64,000 bases of DNA from Minisyncoccota bacterium. GTDB taxonomy: Bacteria > Patescibacteriota > Minisyncoccia > Minisyncoccales > JAQTVQ01. The notes under the pieces were generated by a model. That model searched no databases, was not told where the DNA came from, and saw only the letters and a list, made by a program, of their open reading frames with translations. The position numbers and the translations under genes were made by a program. The number at the start of each line of letters is the position of its first letter. The first letter of the stretch is position 1. This document shows, in pieces, positions 26,598 through 35,840 of this stretch. Location of the stretch: NCBI GenBank assembly GCA_041657385.1, contig JBBABZ010000002.1, forward strand, positions 13,516 to 77,515, in the 5' to 3' direction.

Positions 26598-27341
26598 ATG
26601 ATTCAATACATTATTTTAGGCATTCTCCAGGGAATATTTGAGTGGCTGCCCATATCCAGCGAAGGAGTGGTTTCTTTGGTCTCGAATATTTTTAAATTGG
26701 GCGTTAATGCTGTTGATTTTTCTTTGTTTTTGCACATAGGAACCTTATTGGCGGTAGGTATTTATTTTTGGAAGGATTTTGTTGATTTATTGCTGATCAA
26801 AGACAAAAAGTTTTTTAAATTTTTTGTTTTGGTGACAATTATTTCTTTGGCTGTCGGTTTTCCGGTTTATAAATTTGCGCGCGAGTTGAATATCGGCAAC
26901 GGTCTTTTGTTTTTGATGGGACTGGCTTTGATTGCCACCGCTTTTTTTCAAAAACAGGGCCGGAAATTTAATTTAAGCGATAACCAGTTGGCTGTAATAG
27001 TCGGCCTTTTGCAAGGATTTTCGGCTATCCCGGGGTTATCCCGCTCCGGTTCAACGATTTTCGGATTATCGCTTAAGGAAACCGATCCGGAGAAAGTTTT
27101 AAAAATTTCGTTCATTATCTCCGCGCCCGTAGTTTTTGCCTCTTCGGCTTATCTGCTTCTTTTCGGTGACAAGGCTCTCTTTTCTTCCGGCGCGCTTGTT
27201 TCTATTCTTTTTTCTTTCTTGGTCGGCTTGGCGAGCTTGAAAATATTGCTTGCCTGGGCCAAGAAGATGAACTTTTTCTGGTTCGCCCTGATCTTCGGCA
27301 TTATGTGCCTGCTCGGCGGAGGACTAGAGTTTTTGATCTAA
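26598..27341 (+). CDS. uppP: Undecaprenyl-diphosphate phosphatase (UppP/BacA)
   Basis: GILQGIFEWLPISSEG N-terminal motif, GLSRSGSTI motif and eight predicted TM helices. Confidence 0.8.
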   Translation: MIQYIILGILQGIFEWLPISSEGVVSLVSNIFKLGVNAVDFSLFLHIGTLLAVGIYFWKDFVDLLLIKDKKFFKFFVLVTIISLAVGFPVYKFARELNIGNGLLFLMGLALIATAFFQKQGRKFNLSDNQLAVIVGLLQGFSAIPGLSRSGSTIFGLSLKETDPEKVLKISFIISAPVVFASSAYLLLFGDKALFSSGALVSILFSFLVGLASLKILLAWAKKMNFFWFALIFGIMCLLGGGLEFLI

Positions 27342-27505
27342 TCAGCTCAAAACTCAAAATTCAAATCTCAAAACCAGAACTAAAAACCATTCAGCCTTTT
27401 AGTTTTGTTTGCCGGCTTAAGATATTTATTAAGTTAAAAAGTTTTAAGCTGCAGTTTTGACTTTTGAGCTTTGATTTTTGTCGGTTTTCTTATAGAATTA
27501 TCATT

Positions 27506-30500
27506 GTGAAGAAGGTAGAAGATGATTCTTTGAAGCTTAATAAGGAACAGCAGGCGGCGGTAGGGCATATTAAGGGCCCTCTTTTGATTGTGGCTGGAGC
27601 CGGAACAGGGAAAACAGCGGTTTTGACGCAAAAGATCGTGCATTTGATCGAAAACGGCTTAGCCAAACCCGAAGAAATTTTAGCTTTAACTTTTACTGAA
27701 AAAGCGGCGCAGGAAATGGAGGAACGGGTGGATATCGCTTTACCTTTTGGTTATTACGACCTTTGGATCTCAACCTTCCATTCTTTTTGCGAAAAAGTTT
27801 TGAAAGATTACGGCTTGGAAATCGGCCTGCCCACGAACTTTAAACTTTTAGATGAGATCGGCGGCTGGATTTTGGTCAGGAAAAACTTTGAGAAGTTCGA
27901 TTTTTTAAAATATTACAAACCGCTTGGGAATTCCACTAAATTCATCCACGCCTTGCTGGACCATTTTAAGAAATTAAAAAATGAAGGCATCTATCCTGAA
28001 GATTATTTGAAATATTCCGATTCTTTAAAGGCAAATTTGGATGACGCTCCGGCCGTTTCCCGAGGGCTGAAGGGTAAAGAAAAAATAGAGGTTTTGAAAC
28101 AGCAGGAAGAAGCGGAAAAAATAAAAGAGGTGGCCCGAGCCTACCATGCTTATCAAAAGCTGCTTTTGGACAACAACGCGCTGGATTTCGGAGACCTTTT
28201 GAGTTATACCATCAAACTTTTCCGCGAGAGGCCTTTGGTTTTGGAAAAATACAGGGAACAATTTAAATATATTCTTGTGGACGAATTTCAAGATACCAAC
28301 TGGGTGCAATACGAGCTCTTGAAGATTTTAGCGGCACCCGATAACAACATTACCGTCTGCGCTGACGACGACCAATCAATCTATTCTTTTTCTGGCGCAT
28401 CCTTTAATAATGTTTTGCAGTTTAAAAAAGACAATCCCGAGTCGAAAGAAGTGATTTTGGTAAAAAATTATCGTTCGCCGCAGAATATTCTTGATCTGGC
28501 TTATAATTTTATCCAACTTAACAATCCCAACCGTTTGGAATGCCGTTTGAACGAGATACAAGGGTTAAAAGAGCAGGCCAAGAAGAAAGGAGTCAATTTG
28601 GCCGGTTTCGGCCAGATCAGCAAGAAATTAAAAAGCGTTGATAAGGATCCGGGCGCGATCGAGCATGTGATTTTCGAGAATGGCCAAGAAGAAATTTCCG
28701 GAGTAGTCAGCCGTATTTGGAAATTAAAAGAAGCGGATAAGGCCGCAGCTTTTTCCGATTTCGCTATTTTAGCCAGGACTAACGAGATTGCCAATTCTTT
28801 TGCCCGAGGTTTGGAACGATCAGGCATGCCTTATCAATTTCTGGCATCCAAGGGCCTTTATTTGAAGCCGATAATTTTAGATTTGATCTCTTACCTTAAA
28901 ATATTGGCTGATCTCCACGATTCATCCAGTTTTTATCGCGTTTTGACTATTCCTTTTCTCCAGATTTCCGCACCGGATATTGCCAAGATCATTCAATACG
29001 GCAATCAAAAAGCGATTTCAATTTTTCAAGGACTGGACCAGCTGCCAATGATCAAGGACCTGGAAACCGGAACCGTTGATAAGATCAATTGGCTTGTCTC
29101 TCAAATCAAGAAGCACGCGAGCTTGGCTAAAGAAAAAAATGTTTCCGAATTGTTTGTCATTATTTTGCATGATTTGGGCTATGTTAAATATTTTAGCCAG
29201 GACAATGAAGCGAGTTTTCAGGACAGCGAGATCGTTTCGCAATTTTATCGGAAACTTAAGGATTTTGAGGATAGCAATGTTGACACTAAACTTTTCAGCT
29301 TTTTGGAGCAATTTAAAATGGAGCTGGAAGCAGGAGATGAAGGATCAATGAAATTCAGCCTGGAAGACGGCCCGGAGTCAGTGAAGATCATGACCTTGCA
29401 TTCGGCCAAGGGACTGGAATTCAAATATGTTTTTTTGGTCAATATGGCTGACCGGAGATTTCCCAGTATCGGCCGGAGCGACCCTATTTCCATTCCAGAG
29501 CCTTTGATCAAAGAAGTTTTACCCGAAGGAGATTTCCATTTACAGGAAGAGCGCCGGCTTTTTTATGTCGGCGTAACCCGGGCCAAGAAAGCTTTATTTT
29601 TAACTTGGGCCAAAGATTACGGCGGGAGAATGCTTAAAAAACCCAGCCGGTTTTTATTGGAAGCCGGGTTTATCAAAGACCGCGAAGATTTTGCCAAAAC
29701 TTCTCCCAAAAAAGCTGGATTTGTTTTTGAACGCAATAATATAGCTAAAGCTAAACCCAAAACTGATCCGAAGTTTAATTTTCCCGGATATTTTTCTTTT
29801 ACCCAGCTTTCCACCTTTGATAAATGCCCGATGCAATATAAATTTTCTTATCTTCTAAAAATTCCATCCAAGGGCAAGCCGGCCTTGAGCTTCGGGAAAA
29901 CTATGCATAACGCTCTTTACCGTTTCGTCGGCCTGGTTTCAAGGGCTAATCAACTAAGCCAGACCAGCCTTTTCGGCGGCAAAGAACCAGTAGCTAATGG
30001 CAAAGGCGTCAAGCTGGGGTATGAAGACTTGATCAAAATTTATAAAGAAGAATGGATAGATGATTGGTTTGAGAGCCAATCGCAGAAAAACGAATACTTC
30101 AAGCAGGGAGAAAAAAGTTTGAAAGCTTTTTGGGAGAATTTTCAGGAGGCTAAACCGCAAATTTTGTTTTTGAACGGCAGTCCCGCCTTGGAGCAGGATT
30201 TTAGATTGAAAGTCGGGGAAGATTTTTTTATCGGCAAGATAGACCGTATTGATGAGATCGGAAAAGAAAACATAGAGATATTTGATTATAAAACCGGTAA
30301 GCCGAATACGAAAAATACCTTAGCCGATTCTGATAAGCTGCAGCTTTTGATCTATCAGCTGGCTCTGAAAAGAGTTTTTGATCTTTCGACCCAAAAATTG
30401 ACTTACCATTATTTGAATAATTGTTCGCTGGTTTCTTTTATGCCCAAAGACAGCGAAGTAGAGAGTACGGAAGAGGGTTTGGCGAAGCGGATATCAGCTC

Positions 30501-30586
30501 TCAAACAAAGCGATTTTGCGCCAAAGCCAGGTTTTCCTCAATGCAATTATTGCGATTTCAGGGATATTTGCCCTTATCGTAAGTAA
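27506..30586 (+). CDS. UvrD/PcrA-type superfamily-1 helicase fused to a C-terminal PD-(D/E)XK Cas4/AddB-like nuclease with Cys cluster
   Basis: Helicase motifs AGAGTGKT, DEFQDTN, VKNYRS, TLHSAKGLEF and VGVTRAK. The C-terminal domain has CPMQYKF, IDRID, FDYKTGK, QLLIYQLAL and CNYCDFRDIC. GTG 27506 is preferred over TTG 27464, which lies in an AT-rich repeat. Confidence 0.85.
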   Translation: MKKVEDDSLKLNKEQQAAVGHIKGPLLIVAGAGTGKTAVLTQKIVHLIENGLAKPEEILALTFTEKAAQEMEERVDIALPFGYYDLWISTFHSFCEKVLKDYGLEIGLPTNFKLLDEIGGWILVRKNFEKFDFLKYYKPLGNSTKFIHALLDHFKKLKNEGIYPEDYLKYSDSLKANLDDAPAVSRGLKGKEKIEVLKQQEEAEKIKEVARAYHAYQKLLLDNNALDFGDLLSYTIKLFRERPLVLEKYREQFKYILVDEFQDTNWVQYELLKILAAPDNNITVCADDDQSIYSFSGASFNNVLQFKKDNPESKEVILVKNYRSPQNILDLAYNFIQLNNPNRLECRLNEIQGLKEQAKKKGVNLAGFGQISKKLKSVDKDPGAIEHVIFENGQEEISGVVSRIWKLKEADKAAAFSDFAILARTNEIANSFARGLERSGMPYQFLASKGLYLKPIILDLISYLKILADLHDSSSFYRVLTIPFLQISAPDIAKIIQYGNQKAISIFQGLDQLPMIKDLETGTVDKINWLVSQIKKHASLAKEKNVSELFVIILHDLGYVKYFSQDNEASFQDSEIVSQFYRKLKDFEDSNVDTKLFSFLEQFKMELEAGDEGSMKFSLEDGPESVKIMTLHSAKGLEFKYVFLVNMADRRFPSIGRSDPISIPEPLIKEVLPEGDFHLQEERRLFYVGVTRAKKALFLTWAKDYGGRMLKKPSRFLLEAGFIKDREDFAKTSPKKAGFVFERNNIAKAKPKTDPKFNFPGYFSFTQLSTFDKCPMQYKFSYLLKIPSKGKPALSFGKTMHNALYRFVGLVSRANQLSQTSLFGGKEPVANGKGVKLGYEDLIKIYKEEWIDDWFESQSQKNEYFKQGEKSLKAFWENFQEAKPQILFLNGSPALEQDFRLKVGEDFFIGKIDRIDEIGKENIEIFDYKTGKPNTKNTLADSDKLQLLIYQLALKRVFDLSTQKLTYHYLNNCSLVSFMPKDSEVESTEEGLAKRISALKQSDFAPKPGFPQCNYCDFRDICPYRK

Positions 30587-30629
30587 AATTAATTACGGAT
30601 TTCATCCGTGTTAAACCGTATTAAAAATT

Positions 30630-31637
30630 ATGGAAAAAATAGCTATTGTCGGTATCGGCGGAAGGACTGGAACTCTTTTTGCCGAACAATTCAAAAGATC
30701 CGCCGAAGTTTTGGGGGTGGCCAGGGCGCAGGAAATAGAATTGATAAAGGCCAAAAAACTTTTAGTGCAAAAAAGAGGGTTTGAAGCGCAGGTTTTTGAG
30801 GGGAATATTATTGAAGACAAAAATTTTTCCGCGCAAGCAACGCCGGATTATATTTTAGTTTCTACTAGGTATCCCGTCGGTCCTGTTGTGAAATATTATT
30901 ACCAGATCGTTAAGGAAAAAAACGGGAAAATTCCGGCTTTGGTTCTTTCCCAAAACGGTTTTGAGGCTGTTGAAGAAGCTGTTTCAGCTTTGCAGGAAAT
31001 TTTTCAAGCGGATGCTTCCAATGTGCAGATCATCAGACTGAATTTATTTAATGCCGTGGACGGTGTCCGGATCGATGACAAGCTTTGTTTGAAATATTTC
31101 GAACCGATCAGGCTGGTTTTTTCCAGCGCTTTCGGCCCGATCGATACAATTGGGCTTAAGGAGATTTTAACAAAAGCTGGAGTGGAATTTAAAGAGTACC
31201 AAAGAAAAGATTGCCGGAATATGGAATATTCCAAACTTTTTTTGAATTTGATCGGCATGGCTTCCGCTTCTTGGGGCAAGTCGGTTCAAGAAGGGTTTAA
31301 AGATAAAAATATTTTTCAGGAAGAAGCGGCGGTCCTAAGAGAATACGCCGCAACAGTTAAGCTTGCAGGCGGGAAATTTATTAACTTTGATCATTATCCG
31401 GTTAAAAATTTATCTGATATCATTAATATTGCGCCTATGCCGCTGCTGGCCGCTTTAAGGAATATTTTGGGCGGCATAATCAGCAAAGGCAGGGGAGATA
31501 AACCGAAAGATCTAAGCGAAGCGGACCATTACAATGGAGCGATAATAAAATTGGCCCAAAAATTCGGGGCGCAAACGCCCGTAAACATTAAAATATATAA
31601 TAAAATTAAAAACGCTGGCTTGCCATCAGGCAGGTAA
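30630..31637 (+). CDS. NAD(P)-binding Rossmann oxidoreductase, ketopantoate-reductase (ApbA/PanE)-like
   Basis: N-terminal KIAIVGIGGRTG glycine-rich loop. Overall length and layout resemble the ApbA family, but the specific function is not supported. Confidence 0.4.
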   Translation: MEKIAIVGIGGRTGTLFAEQFKRSAEVLGVARAQEIELIKAKKLLVQKRGFEAQVFEGNIIEDKNFSAQATPDYILVSTRYPVGPVVKYYYQIVKEKNGKIPALVLSQNGFEAVEEAVSALQEIFQADASNVQIIRLNLFNAVDGVRIDDKLCLKYFEPIRLVFSSAFGPIDTIGLKEILTKAGVEFKEYQRKDCRNMEYSKLFLNLIGMASASWGKSVQEGFKDKNIFQEEAAVLREYAATVKLAGGKFINFDHYPVKNLSDIINIAPMPLLAALRNILGGIISKGRGDKPKDLSEADHYNGAIIKLAQKFGAQTPVNIKIYNKIKNAGLPSGR

Positions 31638-31646
31638 AATAAAATT

Positions 31647-32249
31647 ATGACCGAGATATTCTTATTATTATTCGTTTTTGCTTATCTAATGGGTTCTATT
31701 CCTTTCGGTTATCTAATCCCGAAAATGAGAGGAATAGACATTCGGACGATTGGCAGTAAAGCTACCAGCAGTACCAATGTTTCCAGGGCTCTCGGCTGGC
31801 GCTGGGGTTTAGCGAATGCCATTTTGGACGCCTTAAAAGCATTTTTGCCGACTATGCTGGCCTTAACCTATCTGACAAACCAATGGGAAATCATCGCTGT
31901 AGCCCTAATGCCGGTGATCGGCCATGTCTTTCCGGTTTGGCTTGATTTTAAAGGAGGAAAAGGCGGCGCTCCTTTTTATGGAGCGTTAGTCGCTCTTATA
32001 GGAATCACTAGTCCTTTATTTATTTTGGGTATAGCGATCTTTACCGTTATTTTGATGGTCTTTAAAAGAACGAGCGTGGCTAACTTGTCGCTTGCCTGGA
32101 TCTCGTCCGTCTTGGTTCTTTTTATTGAAGGCCAAATTGCTTGGACTGTTTATTGCTTGCTCGGCGCTTTGATCATTACGATAGCTTTGAGGGGGAACAT
32201 TCAAAGGCTTATAAATGGAACCGAACCAAAAACTCCTTTTAAGTTTTAA
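31647..32249 (+). CDS. plsY: Glycerol-3-phosphate acyltransferase PlsY
   Basis: GSIPFGYLI, GSKATSSTNVSRALG, HVFPVWLDFKGGKG. Confidence 0.88.
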   Translation: MTEIFLLLFVFAYLMGSIPFGYLIPKMRGIDIRTIGSKATSSTNVSRALGWRWGLANAILDALKAFLPTMLALTYLTNQWEIIAVALMPVIGHVFPVWLDFKGGKGGAPFYGALVALIGITSPLFILGIAIFTVILMVFKRTSVANLSLAWISSVLVLFIEGQIAWTVYCLLGALIITIALRGNIQRLINGTEPKTPFKF

Positions 32250-32357
32250 TTTTAGATCTTCCATTTGCCAAAAAATCTTATTCTGTTAAGATAAGTTTTG
32301 TTTGATAAATTGCAAATGCAAAGTGTTTTTTTTGATAAAAAATTTAAAAATAAATTT

Positions 32358-32552
32358 ATGGCTAAGAATTACAAAATAGACAAAGAAAAATGCGTTGGCT
32401 GCGGAGTTTGCGTAGCTGTTTCTTCGGGCGGAACCGAGCTTGGGACAGATGGAAAAGCGTTGATCGTTGATCCTGAAAAAATAGAAAAAGCTGGAGGTGA
32501 AAGCGTTTGTCCCTACGGCGCCGTTGAAGAAGAAAAAAGTGCAGACAAATAG
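32358..32552 (+). CDS. Small single-cluster 4Fe-4S ferredoxin
   Basis: CVGCGVCVAV ... CPYGAV pattern in 64 aa. The start is taken at ATG 32358. Confidence 0.7.
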   Translation: MAKNYKIDKEKCVGCGVCVAVSSGGTELGTDGKALIVDPEKIEKAGGESVCPYGAVEEEKSADK

Positions 32553-32580
32553 TTTTTCAAATTTTTTCAATATTTATCAA

Positions 32581-32614
32581 AAAGCCGTTTTTGCTTATGC
32601 TAAACGGTTTTTTT
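32581..32614 (+). terminator. Rho-independent terminator
   Basis: aaagccgttt ... aaacggttttttt. Confidence 0.7.
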
Positions 32615-32728
32615 GTTTGAAATTTAAAAAATAATAAATTTATAAAAAATAATAAAAGCTTTAAAACGTGGGGCTGCGGGCTGTGGATTCAGCCCTGGGC
32701 TTGGCGATATTAAGCTGATAGCAAAAAG

Positions 32729-33277
32729 ATGGTTCCTACGAAAATTTTCTTTACCAAGGGGGCGGGAGTCCATAAGGACAAACTTTCTTCTTTTGAACTG
32801 GCTCTGCGCAGCGCCGGAATCGAAAAATGCAATCTGGTTTATGTCTCCAGTATTTTTCCGCCGAATTGCAAAATAGTCTCCAAGGACGAAGGCCTTAAGC
32901 TTTTAAAACCGGGGCAAATCACTTTTTGCGTAATGGCGCGCAATGAAACCAGCGAATTGAACAGGATTGTTTCAGCAGCCATCGGCTTGGCGGTGCCGAG
33001 CGATCCCAGCCATTACGGCTATTTATCCGAGCACCATACTTTTGGGGAAAAGGCCGAAGTCTCCGGAGAATATGCGGAAGATCTGGCGGCAACGATGCTG
33101 GCTACTACTTTGGGAATTCCTTTTGACGCAAACCAGGCTTGGGACGAGAGGAAACAAACATATATTGCCAGCGGCAATATATTCAAGACAACTCATACTT
33201 GCCAATCGGCTCAAGGGAGTAAAGACGGTCTTTGGACCACCGTTATTTCCACAGCAGTCTTCGTTAGTATGGATTAA
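32729..33277 (+). CDS. pdaD: Pyruvoyl-dependent arginine decarboxylase (PdaD)
   Basis: [43 protein letters not shown], including the SS self-cleavage region typical of PdaD. Confidence 0.8.
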   Translation: MVPTKIFFTKGAGVHKDKLSSFELALRSAGIEKCNLVYVSSIFPPNCKIVSKDEGLKLLKPGQITFCVMARNETSELNRIVSAAIGLAVPSDPSHYGYLSEHHTFGEKAEVSGEYAEDLAATMLATTLGIPFDANQAWDERKQTYIASGNIFKTTHTCQSAQGSKDGLWTTVISTAVFVSMD

Positions 33278-33284
33278 GGGTTGA

Positions 33285-33385
33285 CCCCGTTAGAGATTCT
33301 ATCTTTCAAGATAGGAATGTCCCCGTTGTCTATTTAGGAAATAAAAGTTTCTCTAAATGCTAATGATCAAGAATTTCTAACGGGG
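33285..33385. mobile_element. MITE-like 101-bp element with 16-bp terminal inverted repeats and a candidate 6-bp target-site duplication
   Basis: Left TIR ccccgttagagattct (33285-33300) against right TIR agaatttctaacgggg (33370-33385), one mismatch. GGTTGA lies immediately outside both ends (33279-33284 and 33386-33391). Internal small hairpins are ctatct-ttca-agatag and atttag...ctaaat. Confidence 0.5.
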
Positions 33386-33416
33386 GGTTGATTAATTTTC
33401 AAGATTGCAATAAGAT

Positions 33417-33443
33417 AAAGCCGACAAGATTTGTCGGCTTTTA
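33417..33443 (+). terminator. Rho-independent terminator
   Basis: aaagccgaca-agattt-gtcggctttt. Confidence 0.7.
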
Positions 33444-33583
33444 TTGGGTAGATGTCCGGATACTATGCATCAGGCATGCACCAAGAGGATTCCAAAGGGG
33501 TGCCCCCTTTGGCCGTAAAATCGGGGCCAGGACCCCGATTGCGGATTCAAATGGAAATTATAAAATTTATTTTTGAAAAAACA

Positions 33584-33997
33584 ATGAAAATTTCTACAAA
33601 AACAAAATACGGATTAAGGGCGATCATTTATTTGGCTGGCCGTTCCAAAGATGGCTGTTTTTGTTCGATAAAAAAGATCGCCGAGAGCGAAAATATTTCA
33701 CCGGATTATCTGGAGAAGATCATTTCTAAATTGGAAAAAGCGGGTATATTAAAGGCCCAAAAAGGGGCAAGGGGCGGTTATTTTTTAGCCCGGCCGGCCA
33801 AGAAAATAAAACTGGGGGAAGTGGTCAATATTTTAGAGGGGAAAAATTATTTCGTCCAATGCCTTGGCGGAGTGGATAATACTTGTTCCAAGTGCGGCGG
33901 TTGTTTAGCTCAGAATTTTTGGCAGAAATTTCAGGAAAAACTTGATAACTTTTTAAATTCAGTATCGTTGGAAGATTTAATAAAAAATAAATTTTAA
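33584..33997 (+). CDS. Rrf2 family transcriptional regulator (IscR-like, with C-terminal Cys cluster)
   Basis: MKISTKTKYGLRAIIYLA N terminus, a winged-helix region and CLGGVDNTCSKCGGC cysteines. The start is taken at ATG 33584. Confidence 0.85.
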   Translation: MKISTKTKYGLRAIIYLAGRSKDGCFCSIKKIAESENISPDYLEKIISKLEKAGILKAQKGARGGYFLARPAKKIKLGEVVNILEGKNYFVQCLGGVDNTCSKCGGCLAQNFWQKFQEKLDNFLNSVSLEDLIKNKF

Positions 33998-34016
33998 TTT
34001 TATGGCAAAAATTAAG

Positions 34017-34125
34017 AAACCCGCCTTCGCTAAAGCTACGGCGAAGCGAAACCCGCCTTCGTCCCGAGGGACTACGGCGAGGCGAAGCGCGCCTTTGCTC
34101 TACGGAGCTACGGCGAGGCGAAGAA
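34017..34125. repeat. Three tandem copies of a GC-rich hairpin module (CCCGCCTTCGC-loop-GCTACGGCGAGGCGAAG type)
   Basis: The units are cccgccttcgctaaagctacggcgaagcg, cccgccttcgtcccgagggactacggcgaggcgaagcg and cgcctttgctctacggagctacggcgaggcgaag. They lie between the Rrf2 stop and the conserved start of nifS. Confidence 0.7.
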
Positions 34126-34133
34126 AAAACAAT

Positions 34134-35315
34134 ATGAAGGCAAGAAAAGAAAAACAGCCCAGAATTTATATGGATTACGGAGCGGCCACGCCGGTGGATC
34201 CGCGCGTTTTAAAAAGTCTTAGCCGTTTTCCTTCGGAGGTTTTCGGCAACACGATGTCTTTGCACAGTTTCGGCCAGGAAGCCAAAGCCGCGCTTGAAGA
34301 AAGCCGCGAGATATTGGCTGATCTGATCAACGCCAAGCCGCAAGAAATAATTTTTACCGGATCGGCAACCGAGAGCAATAATTTGGCTTTGAAAGGGATA
34401 GCCTCTGCCAATAAAGAAAAAGGGAACCATATTATTATTTCTCCAATAGAGCATCCCTGCGTTGGTGAAAGCGCCAAATGGCTTGAATCACAGGGATTTG
34501 AAGTAACAAAATTGAAAGTTGACCAATACGGTTTGGTTGACCCGAAAGAGGTTGAAAGCTTGATAAAAAGAGAGACGATCCTTGTTTCGGTGATGCACGC
34601 AAATAATGAGATCGGCACTATCGAACCGATCGCGGAAATCGGTAAAATTTGCCGCGAGAAAGGCGTTTATTTTCATACCGATGCCGCTCAAAGTTTGGGA
34701 AAAGTTCCTATTGATGTTGAAAAAATGAACATCGACTTGCTGACCGGCAGTTCGCAAAAAATGTACGGCCCAAAAGGCGCGGCCTGCTTATTTATTAGAG
34801 AAGGGACGAAAATCAATCCTATCATGCACGGCGGAGGCCAGGAATTCGGTTTGCGTCCGAGCACGGTTAATATTCCGGCCATTTATGGTTTTGCCCAAGC
34901 ATCTCTGTTTTGCAAAAAAGAAATGGCTAAAGAAAGCAAAAGATTAGCCCAGCTTAGAGATAGACTGGTCAAGGAAGTAATGGCAAAGGTAGATGGAGCT
35001 TATTTGAACGGCCATCCGGTAAAAAGATTGTCCAATAACGCCAATTTTCGATTTGAATTTATAGAAGGAGAGTCGTTATTGATCCAGCTGGATATGGCCG
35101 GAATTGCCGGCTCAACCGGTTCGGCTTGCTCTTCAGCTAAATTGGAGCCAAGCCATGTTTTACTGGCGATCGGTTTGCGCCAGCAGGAAGCGCACGGTTC
35201 TTTGAGACTGACCTTGGGCCGCTGGACTACCAGCAAGGAAGTTGATCATGTTTTAAAAGTATTGCCGGGGATAATCAGCCAATTAAGGGAAATCTCGCCT
35301 TTTAAGAAAAATTAA
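34134..35315 (+). CDS. nifS: Cysteine desulfurase (NifS/IscS class)
   Basis: IYMDYGAATP N terminus, SSQKMYGPKG PLP-lysine region, GSACSS active-site Cys loop. The ORF is open from ATG 34002, but 34002-34133 is the repeat array. Confidence 0.9.
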   Translation: MKARKEKQPRIYMDYGAATPVDPRVLKSLSRFPSEVFGNTMSLHSFGQEAKAALEESREILADLINAKPQEIIFTGSATESNNLALKGIASANKEKGNHIIISPIEHPCVGESAKWLESQGFEVTKLKVDQYGLVDPKEVESLIKRETILVSVMHANNEIGTIEPIAEIGKICREKGVYFHTDAAQSLGKVPIDVEKMNIDLLTGSSQKMYGPKGAACLFIREGTKINPIMHGGGQEFGLRPSTVNIPAIYGFAQASLFCKKEMAKESKRLAQLRDRLVKEVMAKVDGAYLNGHPVKRLSNNANFRFEFIEGESLLIQLDMAGIAGSTGSACSSAKLEPSHVLLAIGLRQQEAHGSLRLTLGRWTTSKEVDHVLKVLPGIISQLREISPFKKN

Positions 35316-35324
35316 ATTTAAATT

Positions 35325-35831
35325 ATGGTTAAAGGAATTTACAGTAAAAAAGTTATGGCGCATTTTAAAAAGCCCCATAACTACGGAAAAATAAAAGACG
35401 CGGACGGAGTAGGCAAAGTGGGGAATTTAGTTTGTGGCGACGTTCTATGGCTTTATATTAAATTAGGACAGAACAGAAAAAAGCAAGAGGTCATCAAGGA
35501 TATCAAGTTTGAAACTTTTGGCTGCGTGGCGGCTATTGCCACTTCCAGCGCCATTACCGATCTGGCTAAAGGGAAAACTTTGGAAGAAGCGGCCAAGATC
35601 AGCAAAACCCAGGTAGTCGATTCTTTAGGAGAACTACCTCCGATCAAAATGCATTGTTCGGTTTTAGCTTCGGATGCTTTAGTCGAAGCTATTTATGATT
35701 ATTTATCCAAAAATAAAAAAGATATCCCGGAAGATTTGGCAGTAAAACACGGGCATATTGCCAAAGAGAAAGAAGAAACGGAAAAAAGGTATAAAGATTG
35801 GACCGATATGGAAAAGAAGATGCTTGGGTAA
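35325..35831 (+). CDS. nifU: Fe-S cluster scaffold protein (NifU N-terminal / IscU-like)
   Basis: NLVCGDVLWLY, FETFGCVAAIATSS and MHCSVLASDAL carry the three conserved cysteines. Confidence 0.88.
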   Translation: MVKGIYSKKVMAHFKKPHNYGKIKDADGVGKVGNLVCGDVLWLYIKLGQNRKKQEVIKDIKFETFGCVAAIATSSAITDLAKGKTLEEAAKISKTQVVDSLGELPPIKMHCSVLASDALVEAIYDYLSKNKKDIPEDLAVKHGHIAKEKEETEKRYKDWTDMEKKMLG

Positions 35832-35840
35832 AATAATTAT

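Noticed and set aside
33452-33583. Upstream extension of the Rrf2 regulator ORF, and the 62-aa ORF at 33388-33576
   Set aside because: They cover a terminator (33417-33443) and two GC-rich hairpins (ccaaagggg..cccctttgg, aatcgggg..ccccgatt). The conserved Rrf2 N terminus MKISTKTKYGLRA starts at 33584.
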